A stretch of 64,000 bases of DNA from IMG/VR virus record IMGVR_UViG_3300018475_000104, positions 45,535-109,534 of that record; one strand, 5' to 3'. The translations under genes were made by a program, and so were the position numbers. Position 1 is the first letter of the stretch. Each line of letters opens with the position of its first letter. The DNA is from a virus. Lineage: Duplodnaviria; Caudoviricetes. Below, in pieces: positions 33,101-45,128 of the stretch. The notes beneath the pieces are model-generated. The model did no database searches and was not told the DNA's origin. It saw only the letters and a list, made by a program, of their open reading frames with translations.

Positions 33101-36100
33101 ATTTGGCAGCTTCAGCCATCGCGGCAGCCTTTTCCAAAATAGCAGACGTCTCTTCGCCGGTATTTAAAAGATTAATATAATTATCATAAGCCTATTGAAT
33201 TCTTGCAATATAAGCCTCATTGGTTTCGTCTTCTCTCTTTCCGTCTTCGCCAAGAACGCCTAGCATACTACCAGCATTTTCAAGAGTAACTTCACCGCCA
33301 ATCAGTTTGCCATTATCATCAACAGAAGTTATCCCACCTAAACCTTTGTCTGTAATAGAAAACCGCCCAGTTTCTTCATCATAAATAATATTATCAGTTA
33401 CATTGCTAATAGCAGCTTCATAGGCTTTATTATGTCGAGTTAAAGTATTCTCCGCATTTATTGCGTTCTACTCTTTTAATTTTTCTGTAGCAACTTCAAT
33501 TTCTTCTGCTGAGGCCTACCAGCCTTCAGCAGTTAATTGAAAATTACTAATATCTACACCGGCCTCAACCAAATATTGAACATCTTCATAAGTCCCTTTT
33601 CCATCTGATAGGCGGCTCTCAATTTCGGAAATTCCTATAAGTTTTTGCTGGAACCTCTCTGTTAAATTTAATGCCTAACCAATACTTGTAACAAAAGCAT
33701 TGGCGCCTCCGGTTGCTTTTTCCCAAAAATTCTATACTTCAGTAGTATCAAAGCCCTAAGTCTATAAATATTCCATGGCTTCTACTGCCTAAGACATGTC
33801 TGACCAGTCGACAGTAGACAGATAATTACTTAAAACATTTTTTGCATTTCCCGACTTCTAAGACACTACTTGTTCAAACTCTTTGAGATAGTCTTCAGTA
33901 GCCTATTTAGATAAATTTTGAGTTTGTTTAGCTAAATTTGATAAAAGTGCAGGAGAAATTTCTGAAAGGAAGCCAGAGTCTACAAGTATACCCTTATTAT
34001 TAAAAGCTTTTGTAGCTTCTGTTTTAACCTAAGTAATCTATTCTTGAAATTTCTAATCCTCTAAAAATAGCTAAGCCTCTAGAGAAATAACTTCTCCTTT
34101 TTGTTCTTGTTCTGTTATATAACTATTAATATTTTCATCTGTTATTTCTTCTGGTTTTTTACCTTCTTTTTCCAAGGCAAAGCGTGCAACTGCTTTTTGT
34201 TCAGTATCACTCAAATCCTCAAAGAAAGTCATATCATATCCTAAATTTTCTCTAATTGCCGCTTCAGCTTCTGAACCTTCACCATAGATCTTTGTAAGAA
34301 GCTCATATTGAGAAGTTCCTTCCAAAGCCTTTAATTCTCCCATTGATAGCTTAGAAGTGTCCTTTGATATAAAAGCAGATAACTGTTTCTATTCTTCATC
34401 AGTTAATTTTTCCTGCATTGCTAGTCTGAATTCTTCTAATTTTGCTACTTTTTCCTCTGTCTTTAGAGCATACGCTATAGCCTTAGACATCTCTTTATAA
34501 TTACCTTCAATTTCAGCAGGAATTTCAGAGACTTTCATTACATCTTTATATAAAGCTTCTATCTGCTAATTTTCATTGCCAACAACGTCTAAATCTCGTG
34601 ATTCCATCAGCTCTTTTCTTTTCGCATCTTCTGAGCCTGAAGATTCAGTATTATAAATTTCGTCATAAACATAATCATCAATATAAGTACTATATTCTTC
34701 TTCTGACATTGGCTGAGCAAAACTACTAATAATTGCATCAGAATATTCATAATTAAGAGTCTCTTGAGACGCAGCAGTAGTTAATAATCCCTCTGTCATT
34801 GCCAAATTAGTGCTTTCAGCAGCCAATACTGCAGAAGTATAAGAAGTTAAAGCTCCTTCTAAAGTAGCAAGATGCATAGCAGTTTGAGAAGAACCATTAG
34901 CTAGTTTTAATAGATCTTCATTAAAAACCTTAATCGTATCATTGTCTTTGAAAAATAAATCAGGTCGATTGGTATAACCATAACTATCTAAAACTTTATT
35001 TTGTTCTTCTTGGGATAATTTTGAAAACTCTTCTTCAGTTAATTCTTTAGATGAAAAGATGGCAGGATTCTTTTTAAAACTATTTATAATAGTCTCTAAT
35101 GGAATACCAGCATTTATTAATAATTTTTCATACTCTTCAGTTAAATTTTCTTTTTCTCCGCCAGCACTTAGATTAGTTTGACGTACTTGATTCATTATTA
35201 AAGAAGCATTAGCAGCTTTTATACCTTTCTCTTGATCAGCAAGTACTTTTTCAAAGCCCTCATCACTAATAACTAGTTGTCCATCTTCGCCTCTAGATAG
35301 ATACTCAGCTAATTTAGGATAAGTATTTAAAAGTTGTAAAACTTGATTGTTTGCTTCAAGCAAGGCTTGCTTCCATTCATTTGTTCCCTTTGTTAAACCT
35401 TCAAGTGTTTTTTGAAGTTCATTAAATTCGTCTCTATCCTATAATAAATTATCATATTCTTCTTTTGCGGCTTTTGCAGACTATTCTGCCGCATCAGTGG
35501 CTTTTTTTGCTGCTTCAAGTTTTCCTTCTAGAGAATTAGCATAATCAGCTTTAAAAGTATTAATTAATATGCCAGCTAAAACTCCTAGTGCCGCGACCAC
35601 TCCAATAATCCAACCAATAACAGGAATAGATACTATTGATGTTGTAACGCTAGATGAAAAAATTTGTGCGGCAACCTAAACTACCTAAAAAATAACTGGT
35701 AAGGTCATTAAAGCTACACCAATTGCTTTTATTACAGTAGTAACTTCTTCTCCAACTCCCAAAGATTCCAATCCTTCCGCAGCAATCATTAACAGTCCAC
35801 CTACTGTTGCCGCGGCTTGACCCATAGTATCCATGGATGCCCCAAACTTATTTAACGTTGCTCCAGCCTAAGCCGCTTCTTTTCCAGTTAGCTAAATTTG
35901 CTTCCCCGTGCCTTCCAAAGCTTTATTAATACCATCTACATCTAAAGAATCCCCAGATAGACTACTTCGAATTTTATCATTTATCTCTTCTGAAAGGCCC
36001 ATGCCACTAACCTATGTTAAAATATTCTCTTTTAGGGCCGTCATGCCTTCTGGCTTTACATTTTCAAAATTTAATGAGTTTAAATCAAAAATTTTAGTAT

Positions 36101-38360
36101 AGTTTTTTTCTAAAATTGGTACACCTTTTTTAATACCAATAGCATTTAAAAGACTCTCTTTAAAACCTTTTTCTTTTATTCCTGTAATTTTTGCTTTTAT
36201 TCCATTAACTAAATTTTTTCCAATACCTTCTCCTTCTTTTTGGGCTTCTTTTCTTACATAACCCATACTCTTTAAAATACTGTCAAATGGACCAGCCTAA
36301 CCTTTCCCACCTAATAGGCCTCTGCCAATTTTAAAAGCACTTAAAAGACCCATGGCTGTTACAAAGGTTTTTACTATACCACTTCCGCCAGATAAAGTAT
36401 CTATTATTTTATTAAGTGTTTCTAAAAGAAAAGTTAGAGTTTCAACTCCAGCCTTTAATAAGTCACTATTAAATAGTCCCATAATAAAAGTATCCCAAGC
36501 ATTCTTTAACTCATTCAACTTTGAATCTAGACTATCTAGTGTTTTATTAAATTGTTCAGTACTTGCGCCAGCACTATTATTTGCCGCATTTGTTAATTCA
36601 ACAGTTCTTTCGTAGTCGCTCATCATAGCAATAAAACGAGACTGTTGTCTTGAACCTGCCGCAGTTGTGGCAATATATCTCTGTGTCTCAAAATCAAGTG
36701 TATCCCACTTTTCAGCAAGACGCAATAATACATCCTCTAAACCTTCAGTACCCTTAAAGAAGTCATCCATCGAAATTCCAACTGTTCTTAAAGCAGTTTG
36801 AATTTTATTTACATCAATAACTTCTCCTTCTTCATCTTCACCAGTACTCTGCCCTTCATTAGCTAATTTTTTAACTTCTGAAAAACGAGCAATAATTGTC
36901 TTTAATGCAGTACCAGCAGTTTCAGGAGCTTCTTGGGTTGTTTCAATAATCTGTGCTAATAGTGCCGCAGTATTTTCAAACTCCATATTAGCACTTGATG
37001 CGATTGAAGCAGTTTTAGACATAGCTGTGGCAATTTGGGAAGTATCAGCCGCAGTAATAGCCGCCAATTCTGAATAAACATCATTAACGGTTTGTGCGTT
37101 CATTTCATTTACTTCCATATTAAAACCACGTAGCGCCGCAGTCATTGCAGTGGTTGCTTCAGTAGCATCCATGTTAGCAATGCGCGCCATCTTCATGGTT
37201 TCAACACCAACGCCCATAGCTTCATTAGTCTTTAAGCCTTGCTGATAGTATAGAGTGGTTGCACCATATAAATCATTAATACGCGCGCCAAGCTAAGAAG
37301 CTTCTTGCGAATATTGTGGAAGTTTTCCCCACATATCCCCAACAGAAAACTCTGTAACTACAGCAGCCTCTGTCATTGTAGCGTCTAATTCTTTTACCGT
37401 TTCAAGGGCAGAATTAACAGCTCTTTTAAAAAGCTAAACAGCATTTCCAATTGAGAAAAAGTTTAAAATAGAGTTCTTTAAATGATCAACATCCTAAGCA
37501 GTTTTATTTAAAGAATTTGCAGTATCTACACTAGTCTTTCCAAAATTTTCAGCACTCTGGCGTGCCATTTCCATTTTTTCTTTTAGGTCTGGAAATTGAG
37601 CTATAAATTCATCCAATCTTTTCTAAGCTAAATTTTCAATTAAATTTGAAATATTTGCAATATCTGCTTTCGCGCCTTCAACGTCTCCACTATTAGCAAA
37701 ATTTGTAAGAGAGGTTTGTAACTCTTGAATTTGCTTTAAATACTCTTTTGCCGCAGTGTGTTCAGCACTTCCTGTTTTTTCTCCTTTCTCAAGCTTTGTT
37801 AATGTTGCCTTCGCAGTAGATTCAAGAGTTTTTAAAGCCTTTTCTGCGGCAGGAATATCATTTTCTGCTATCGCTTTTATAAAATTTTGGCTTGAAATAC
37901 CACCTTTTTTGCCAAAGTCCTGTAGTATCTAAGACATCTTGGCCGAAAAGCCTTTAAATTGATCACCATTTAATAAAGTTGTAAGTCTCTATTGAGCATT
38001 AGCCAGTTGCTTATTTAGTTCTTCAAGCTCTTTTGGATTAACCTAAAAAGAATCTCTAAGCATTCCAGGGCTAATCTGATTAGCCTGCTGCTAAAGCTAA
38101 AACATTAATTGATTAATCTTTTGATAGCTCTTTTCTAAAGCAGTAACGTCCCCTTGTTTTTTAAAACCAGAAGTCATTAGCCCCTAAATCTTACTTGTCT
38201 CTTTTTCAATTCCATCAAAAGTTTTTGTAAAACTTGTTTTTAATTTGTCTGGTAGCTTTAAACTATTAATCGCACTTTGAATTGCACCAACATTACTAGT
38301 AATATCTTTTATGTCGCTGACCATCTTCAAAGTAACTTGAATTGTTTGTTTATCTGCCAT
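30147..38360 (-). CDS. Tape measure protein (about 2737 aa, many TAG) with C-terminal peptidoglycan-binding domain
   Basis: Nine track fragments share the frame of ATG 38360. TP901-like TMP core (AGTALKTIIAR, AAGSRQ). PG_binding_1 motif LQKALNAAGF...DGIIGEKT...DGIYGPKT. Confidence 0.88.
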
Positions 38361-38380
38361 CTCTTTTCCTCCTAAATAAA

Positions 38381-38414
38381 AAAATCGACATTAATTAAAA
38401 ATTAATGTCGATTT
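38381..38414 (-). terminator. Hairpin/terminator upstream of the tape measure gene
   Basis: AAATCGACATTAATT/AATTAATGTCGATTT inverted repeat with a T-run on the - strand. Confidence 0.6.
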
Positions 38415-38418
38415 CTCC

Positions 38419-39201
38419 TTAAAAGTCTATATCTTCATCCAAAACAATAAAATTACAGACATAGCTTGTTCCTCTACCACCCATGGGGACGCCAACAGCA
38501 TTAAAATTAACCGTTGCTGGGTCAGCGTTACGTCCCAATCTAATAGATAAATCAGACATTAATTTTAATCTTGGTATTTCAATAATACCAGTTACTGTAC
38601 GTCCGTTTTCACTTTCCTTTAATCGCGTTTTGGCTTCGAGTTTTAGATAGCCATTCCATAGACGTCTACCAACTTGGATGATTTGGGCTTCGTTTACATA
38701 TTCCCAATCATAAGTTACATAAACATCATTGTATGGTTTCTCAATTTTTAATTCTTTGCCCGAAACCTCAAAATCAAGCTTTTCTCCTGTTTCTCTATCA
38801 TATAAAAATAGGTTCTGCTTTGGTTCTCTTTTAAGTGTAATTAATCCATCTTCCGAACTTTCAAGACTTTCTCTTTCAGTTAGAATAATTGGATTAGAAA
38901 TTTTTTGAGAACCAAGTAAACGAGAATTGCTAATTAAACTTAAGTGGTCTACAGAAAAAATACCTTGTGTAAAACTGAGTGGAACTTCGCGAGTTGTTTC
39001 CCAGTTTACCCACGCGCGATTGTCGAAACCACCTCGCGCGGAAACTCTGTCTTTTAGTTCCTAAAGACCGCCAATTTGGATATTGTCAAAAGCCATTACA
39101 ATTTCGCCAGGTTCAATTTTTCTGTTACCTAACTCTATAGGATAAGTAGATTTTAGTGTGACTCCGTATAGTTCTTTGAGACCTTGTAAGTCGTTATTCA
39201 T
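38419..39201 (-). CDS. Tail-tube paralogue/minor tube protein; contains TAG; missing from the ORF track
   Basis: MNNDLQGLKEL...ARGGFDNRAWVNWE resembles GIKEV...ARGGKGNPALIMWD of the major tail protein. Confidence 0.7.
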
Positions 39202-39270
39202 CTTTTTCTCTCCTAAAGTAAATAAGGCGAAGGATTACCTCCTCCGCCTTACAGATTTTTTAATTAATTA

Positions 39271-40185
39271 TTAGCCTTCAGCCTGCTCGTCTGTGCCAGG
39301 TTCTGTGCCAGCAACTACAACCTCTTCCTTAGCGAGGTTATGGTTATGGATTAATTCAACAGTATTTTCTTCCGCAGCAGCACCTTCATCACCAGCTAAT
39401 TCATATTTAACTAGCTTCATCATCTTACCATCGGCAGGACGTAGAACACGTAGACTCATATTGAATACAGAAGGATCACCTTCAGCTTCTAGAGTAATAG
39501 TATTTTCAGATTGTACCTTAGCCTTAGGAATAATAAACTGGAAGAATTCATCTTTACCAGAAGCTTCGCTACGAGCAAAAGTATCACCAGTTACATAATA
39601 TGTACCGGGGAAGCTGTTAGCAGAAATTTCAATGACAGAACCCTCAGCAGCGAGGTCAAAAGTACAGAAATATTTATTATCCGCCTCTAGTTTCTCTACT
39701 AGCTTGTCATTTTCGTCATAGAACTTAGGATTAATTTTAGCATATCTATTGCCATCGGGAGCTTCAAACTTAGCATTCCAACCGCAATCTGCTAAAGCAG
39801 CAGTATCTTTTACTCCACCATCGGTTTCATCATAAGCAATAGAAGCAACAGCTTTGGTGCAAGTAAATACTTCAGTTTTCATAATATAACTACCAGTAGC
39901 AATTTCCTTAACCTTACCATTACCAAACATAATAGCCATGGATTTGGCAGAGAATAGAGCATCCTCTAGAGTTACATTAATTTCCTTACCATAGTCCCAC
40001 ATAATTAGAGCAGGGTTACCCTTACCACCACGAGCCTCAGCGGTTTCAGCGGTCTGCTCAATGGTAGAAACTTTTAGAGTGTCTAGGTATAGAACAGGAG
40101 AAGTAGGCATGCCGTTATTATTTAATTCATAAAAAGTTACGTCAGCAACTTCTTTAATACCATATCTATCAAGAATACTAGCCAT
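39271..40185 (-). CDS. Major tail tube protein
   Basis: Position, strong codon bias, downstream hairpin terminator, FIIPKAKV...EGDPSVF motif; no TAG. Confidence 0.75.
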   Translation of the reverse strand: MASILDRYGIKEVADVTFYELNNNGMPTSPVLYLDTLKVSTIEQTAETAEARGGKGNPALIMWDYGKEINVTLEDALFSAKSMAIMFGNGKVKEIATGSYIMKTEVFTCTKAVASIAYDETDGGVKDTAALADCGWNAKFEAPDGNRYAKINPKFYDENDKLVEKLEADNKYFCTFDLAAEGSVIEISANSFPGTYYVTGDTFARSEASGKDEFFQFIIPKAKVQSENTITLEAEGDPSVFNMSLRVLRPADGKMMKLVKYELAGDEGAAAEENTVELIHNHNLAKEEVVVAGTEPGTDEQAEG

Positions 40186-40216
40186 TTTTTATATAGCCTC
40201 CTATATAATTTTAATT

Positions 40217-40960
40217 TTAATCATCAATTTTCCTAATCCAATATTTGGGTTTAACCTTTTTTGCTCCTGCCATAACGCTTTTAATATCAACTTCATACTT
40301 CTCTCTCTCTTGAAAAGTACGCATTATAGGCGAAATCGCGCAGTAGCTTATCTCTCCGATATTAAGTGGAGTTAAACCTATACCCATACAACAAATTGCG
40401 ACCAAAGTAGATTTTAAATCCAATCCATCTTTGCTTTGTTGTTTGGCTTTTATTTTATCTCTATAACGCGCGCGAGCCTTCATTTGTTTAATCTTCCAAT
40501 GCTCATTTGGATTCGGTGGTTCAATTGCTTTCTAACCACACGCTTCGCGCACAATATTCTAAAAGGCAAAAAAGTTTTCTTCATTAATAGTTCTCAATTC
40601 AGAAACGTTCTTAATCTTTGGTAAAACTTCTTTCAAATCTCCAACTACTATTGTCTTTTGCTCAAAAAGTAAGGTAACTTCTTCGCGCAAGAAAAACTTA
40701 AATGCATCTTTTATTAACAAATGAATCTTATCTTGCTAATAAGCAAGTGCTAAAAGAGTTTCAAGAGGAGTGAGCATATCTTTCAAATCAATTTTCTTTT
40801 CAACATACTCATCCTCAATCTCTTCTTGAGAAGTTGTCAACAACTTCTAATAAGTCCCAAAATATCTATTGGCAACCACATCTTTAACTTTTGGGGGATA
40901 GATATAAATATCTTTTTGGAAGAACAATGGTTCTCCAATAAAAGATACAACATCATTCAT
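40217..40960 (-). CDS. Hypothetical tail assembly protein (TAG-recoded)
   Basis: ATG 40960 is in frame with fragment 40217..40483. Confidence 0.65.
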
Positions 40961-41450
40961 AAGCCACCATATTAAAAGTCATTTCATAACAAGACATTTC
41001 TTCAGTTAGGAAGTTCAAATCGAAACCCCCAAATTCAATTCGTCCTAAACCTTCAATAACCTTGCCTTCAAGACTTTTCTAAATTTCACTCATAATCAAA
41101 AAAGGTCTTAAACTAACATCTTTTAAAATCCATTGAGTAAGTGGAACGAAAACTTCAAAAGCAAGTGAAATATTTTGAAATTCAGAATTCGTCGTAGTTT
41201 TTCTACCACGAGTAACTCTAAAAGCAATAATTGATTGCGCGCCTTCTTTTGCTTCCGCGCCGACTCTTGGGACAATTTTTATTAACTTTTCAAAAATCTC
41301 TTTTTGAACTTGTTCTTTGGTTAAATCCTACTGACTAAAGGGGTCTTTATCAGTATAGTAAAGCAACTTTAATAAGTTCTGATTTGCCGTCAACCTTTTA
41401 ACAATATTCTAAAGATTGTAGCCCATCTCCTGCAATTGTCTTACTTTCAT
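40953..41450 (-). CDS. Putative tail terminator/neck protein (TAG-recoded; missing from the ORF track)
   Basis: MKVRQLQEMGYNL*NIVKRL...LLKLLYYTDKDP; coupled starts and stops on both sides. Confidence 0.65.
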
Positions 41451-42175
41451 TACTCTACACCCCCATTTAGCCAGAAGAATTCTTCTTCTTCATCCTCTTC
41501 TGTTTGTTCAGGCTTGGGAGAAGAATCATATTCATAAATAGGATCGACAGATACATATTCAACTCCTTTGGAGGATTGAATATCATAACCAGTAACTCGA
41601 TACTGTTCTTGTAACTCACCTTCTCCAATAATTAAATAATCATCTTTTTTAATTTTTGGCGTAGTAGGCATTACAAAGAAACTTAGCTTTAAGTTTTCTG
41701 AATACAAAGTATCCATACGACTCCTAGAACGTATTTCATCCTTAAGCATATTATTCTCTTGGCCATACATATATACCCAAGATGAATAATTTTCACCATC
41801 GCGCGCAGTCCACGTAATAAAATGAGTCATCTTCAACATTATATATCTATTATATCCACTGCGTTTGATTTCTTCTAAATACCAAATCATCCAAGGCTTC
41901 TCTTCCCCATTCTTATTTGGTATCATTAAAATTGTGCCATTCGGCATATCAAGATCTACACGAGTTAATAAATATTGAACTGTTTCGGTTTCATCCTGTT
42001 TATATCTCTCAATACATCCAGGATACTTTTCATTCTCATATTCAAAATCTACCTAATAAGTACTCTTCATCCACAGTAATTCAAACTCATGCTCTCTTTT
42101 GCCCTAAATGCGTGTCTGATAGGTGGTACCATAACGATTCAATCTTTTCTTGTAAACTTCCTCAAAATAACTCAT
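41450..42175 (-). CDS. Putative head closure/neck protein (TAG-recoded)
   Basis: ATG 42175 (TAATG overlap) is in frame with 41450..41947. Confidence 0.65.
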
Positions 42176-42438
42176 TAGTTCTTTCCAAGCAAATTCATAC
42201 AATCAAAAACTGTTGAACGAAAATAATCATATCTTAAATAACGAAGTGAACTCAGCTTAAAATACAAGACATAATAATTAATGGTCTTCTCCTCTTCGGG
42301 ATAGCCAAGTAATTCAATCAAAATTGAATCTAAAAACTTCTCCCATTCGCGATTTTTCTCTCGTTCACAAAGAAGACCATATAACTTATTTCTAAGCTTA
42401 TTATTATATCCTTCTCTTAGCTCAGGATAAGTAAACAT
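42175..42438 (-). CDS. Hypothetical protein
   Basis: 87-aa ORF coupled on both sides. Confidence 0.75.
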   Translation of the reverse strand: MFTYPELREGYNNKLRNKLYGLLCEREKNREWEKFLDSILIELLGYPEEEKTINYYVLYFKLSSLRYLRYDYFRSTVFDCMNLLGKN

Positions 42439-42866
42439 TACTGTTCCCCAGCTAATTTCTTAAAATCGAAAGGTTTACCGCGGCGTGAACGGTAATAAAC
42501 TCTTTCTAGCTTTGTTGCATTATATTTTTCTTGCTCAAGCATATTATTAAACTTGTCAAGCAAGTTTGCCTGGGAAAAGTCTCTCTCCTCATATAAAGGC
42601 TTGACATTCTCCCAAGTTAAAATAGTTCTATTTAACCATTCACATTTCATATAACACGCCAAAATTTGAATTTCTTCGTTATTTAAATCTTCAATAAAAC
42701 CGTTATCGTCTCTTTCTAGCGACACGCGAGGAAATTTAAACCAAGGAATCGCGCCTTCTAACATTGCGCGCCAGTCAGCAACAACATCCTCAATCTCCCA
42801 ATTTCCCCATTCATCTTCTAGCATTTTAGCTAGAAAAGCATCATAAACTTTCTGATAGGGAGTCAT
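42438..42866 (-). CDS. Putative head-tail adaptor
   Basis: Position after the capsid genes; helical 142-aa ORF; RBS AGGAGG. Confidence 0.6.
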   Translation of the reverse strand: MTPYQKVYDAFLAKMLEDEWGNWEIEDVVADWRAMLEGAIPWFKFPRVSLERDDNGFIEDLNNEEIQILACYMKCEWLNRTILTWENVKPLYEERDFSQANLLDKFNNMLEQEKYNATKLERVYYRSRRGKPFDFKKLAGEQ

Positions 42867-42883
42867 TGTGTGCCTCCTTTATG

Positions 42884-43414
42884 TTAAACTCTAAAAGGAT
42901 TCTGCGCATTTGCCTGCTCGGCGGCTTTCTTTTCTTTCTCAATTAAAGCTTTTTCAGCCATATTGTTTTCATGAATCTTTAGTACGTCAATACCAGTAAT
43001 CTCCTTAACAACGGAGCAACGCTCATAGTCAAAAAGCTTCTTCTCTAGCATATAATCAGCTAAATTCTTGCACTGGTCTACAGAATACTTACCAATCAAT
43101 TCTTTAAAACGCCAAACAGGTTGCTTTAGAATATCTTCTATAGTCTTATCATTAAAAACTAATATATTAACTGGCTCTTTTGCATCTTCAGGTTCAAGTC
43201 CAAGGTCTTTTTTTACCTGCATATCTTCAATATAAAGAATACCTTTTCTTAACATATACTCAAAGCCAGGGTCAAATTGCATTTCTTCGAGCTTTTCTCT
43301 CTCGACAGGAATTCTCATTCCTTTCTTCGTCCAGGTACGACGAAAATTAATCTGTGGAACAGAAACCGTGATATTACCACGGACGGTACTAATTAAATAA
43401 ACTTTATCACTCAT
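42884..43414 (-). CDS. Hypothetical protein
   Basis: 176-aa ORF with RBS AAGGAG. Confidence 0.75.
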   Translation of the reverse strand: MSDKVYLISTVRGNITVSVPQINFRRTWTKKGMRIPVEREKLEEMQFDPGFEYMLRKGILYIEDMQVKKDLGLEPEDAKEPVNILVFNDKTIEDILKQPVWRFKELIGKYSVDQCKNLADYMLEKKLFDYERCSVVKEITGIDVLKIHENNMAEKALIEKEKKAAEQANAQNPFRV

Positions 43415-43445
43415 AATAAGATCTCCTTTTCACTCAAATTAATAA

Positions 43446-43476
43446 AGAGGAAGGAAGGCTCGCTTCCTTCCCCTTT
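43446..43476 (-). terminator. Terminator after the major capsid gene
   Basis: GGAAGGAAG/CTTCCTTCC hairpin. Confidence 0.65.
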
Positions 43477-43495
43477 AATCATTCATATTTTAAAA

Positions 43496-44545
43496 TTATA
43501 GATTTACGTAGGGATTTTCATAAGTCTGGGTGATACCAGTGTTCTGGTAGATACCCCAGTTGTTATATGCTAGAATTGCACTACCCATCTTCTTATAGGT
43601 ATGAATTTCAATAGACTGATCGGGGTTGATGAAATCCCACATCTGAGTCTGACCTTCTAGACCAACTTTTACAATCTTCTCGCCGCCAGTGGGAAGAACA
43701 TAAGCAATCTGGGGGTCCACCCAAGTAGTGGTATTAGTGTCATCAACGAAAGACTGCTGCATCTGAACAATGGGAGTACCACGGAATAGGGTGATAAAGC
43801 CAGTGTTGTGGATAGCATCGATATCCTGGGGATGATAAATGCCCTGGTAATTGGTGCCAACAGGAACGATGGCATCAGGACCCATAGCAGCAACGAACTC
43901 TGGAGGAGCAAAGATTACTGCGCCAGCACCATATGCACGAACTACGTTTACTAGTCTCTGCATGGACTCGGCATTGAATACGTTGTCAATTACTAGGTTG
44001 GTGTCAGGACGATTTGTGGTTTCGACAGCAGCACGTAGAGCCTTATGAATCTGTACAAATACAGCGTCAGTTAGACCAGTTGTGATGATGTCCATTAGAT
44101 CAGCCATGTTGTCAGCACCGTCAAGCATACGCTCGAAGTCAATGCGGGCAGCTCCGCCAACAGCCATACCCTGTAGTTCGAAGGTATCGTTGTCTAGACG
44201 GAAGGTCTCATATAGACCACTTAAACCAACCTGGGTTAGGAACTTACGAGCACGAGCATGACCTTTCTTGGTCTTGAACATGATCTTCTGTCCCTGGGGT
44301 ACAGATACTACTTCAGCAAACATGCCGACAGCATCCATTACTTTCTTAGGTACTACTTCATCAGCAGCAGTGATGATGATATCAAAGATATCATGTTTAT
44401 TACGCTGGAACTCATTAATGGAGCCAGCTAGAGCGCGCATCTCTTCACGGAGAGCGTCGTTTACATTCTGAGTTGAGAAATTAGCGGGAGCAGTGCCTTT
44501 GGCTGCATGTAGAGCTAATTCTTTTAATTCTTTAATTGTAGCCAT
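43496..44545 (-). CDS. Major capsid protein (HK97-fold predicted)
   Basis: 349 aa, after protease/scaffold and decoration genes; RBS GGGAGGT; strong codon bias; no TAG. Confidence 0.8.
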   Translation of the reverse strand: MATIKELKELALHAAKGTAPANFSTQNVNDALREEMRALAGSINEFQRNKHDIFDIIITAADEVVPKKVMDAVGMFAEVVSVPQGQKIMFKTKKGHARARKFLTQVGLSGLYETFRLDNDTFELQGMAVGGAARIDFERMLDGADNMADLMDIITTGLTDAVFVQIHKALRAAVETTNRPDTNLVIDNVFNAESMQRLVNVVRAYGAGAVIFAPPEFVAAMGPDAIVPVGTNYQGIYHPQDIDAIHNTGFITLFRGTPIVQMQQSFVDDTNTTTWVDPQIAYVLPTGGEKIVKVGLEGQTQMWDFINPDQSIEIHTYKKMGSAILAYNNWGIYQNTGITQTYENPYVNL

Positions 44546-44559
44546 TCTATTTACCTCCC

Positions 44560-45114
44560 TTACGCCTTCACACACTGGAACTGAATTGCGAACTGACCAT
44601 CAGGCATGGAGCCGTTACCGCAGCCGCGGATTGCTACTAGTACAGGACCTTCAGCAGGAGCAGTACCAGAAACTAGGATAGCGCCAGTCTCGGATACGCC
44701 GCCGTATAGTTTGGCTTCGCCTTTAGCAGCTTCCTTTACAGCCTCTTCATCAGCAAATTCGCCATCGTCATATGCTAGGCAGTTAGTTGTGAACTTATCG
44801 CCAACAGAGAGATAACCTAGACGGGGATAGAAGTGATTACGCTCTAGCTTAAAGTGCTTGAGACCAGTTGTTCTCTCGTCGTACATATGTTCAGTAGAAT
44901 AATTTAGTGCAATGGGGAAAACTTCGCCAGGAACAGGTAGTTTTACCTCACGAGCAATGTTATCAACCATAAGTAGCATTCCGTTTTCAGCGGGCATCTC
45001 AGCAAAATCTTCGCCTAGAGCGCACTGGGCTTCAATACGGCCATCACGAGGGAAAGCTACTAAATTTAACTCTAATTGACCATAACCGTCAATTTTAAAT
45101 CTTTTCTGAGCCAT
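44560..45114 (-). CDS. Putative capsid decoration/auxiliary head protein
   Basis: Between scaffold and MCP; PAENGMLL motif; no TAG. Confidence 0.6.
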   Translation of the reverse strand: MAQKRFKIDGYGQLELNLVAFPRDGRIEAQCALGEDFAEMPAENGMLLMVDNIAREVKLPVPGEVFPIALNYSTEHMYDERTTGLKHFKLERNHFYPRLGYLSVGDKFTTNCLAYDDGEFADEEAVKEAAKGEAKLYGGVSETGAILVSGTAPAEGPVLVAIRGCGNGSMPDGQFAIQFQCVKA

Positions 45115-45128
45115 TTTCTTTCCTCCAA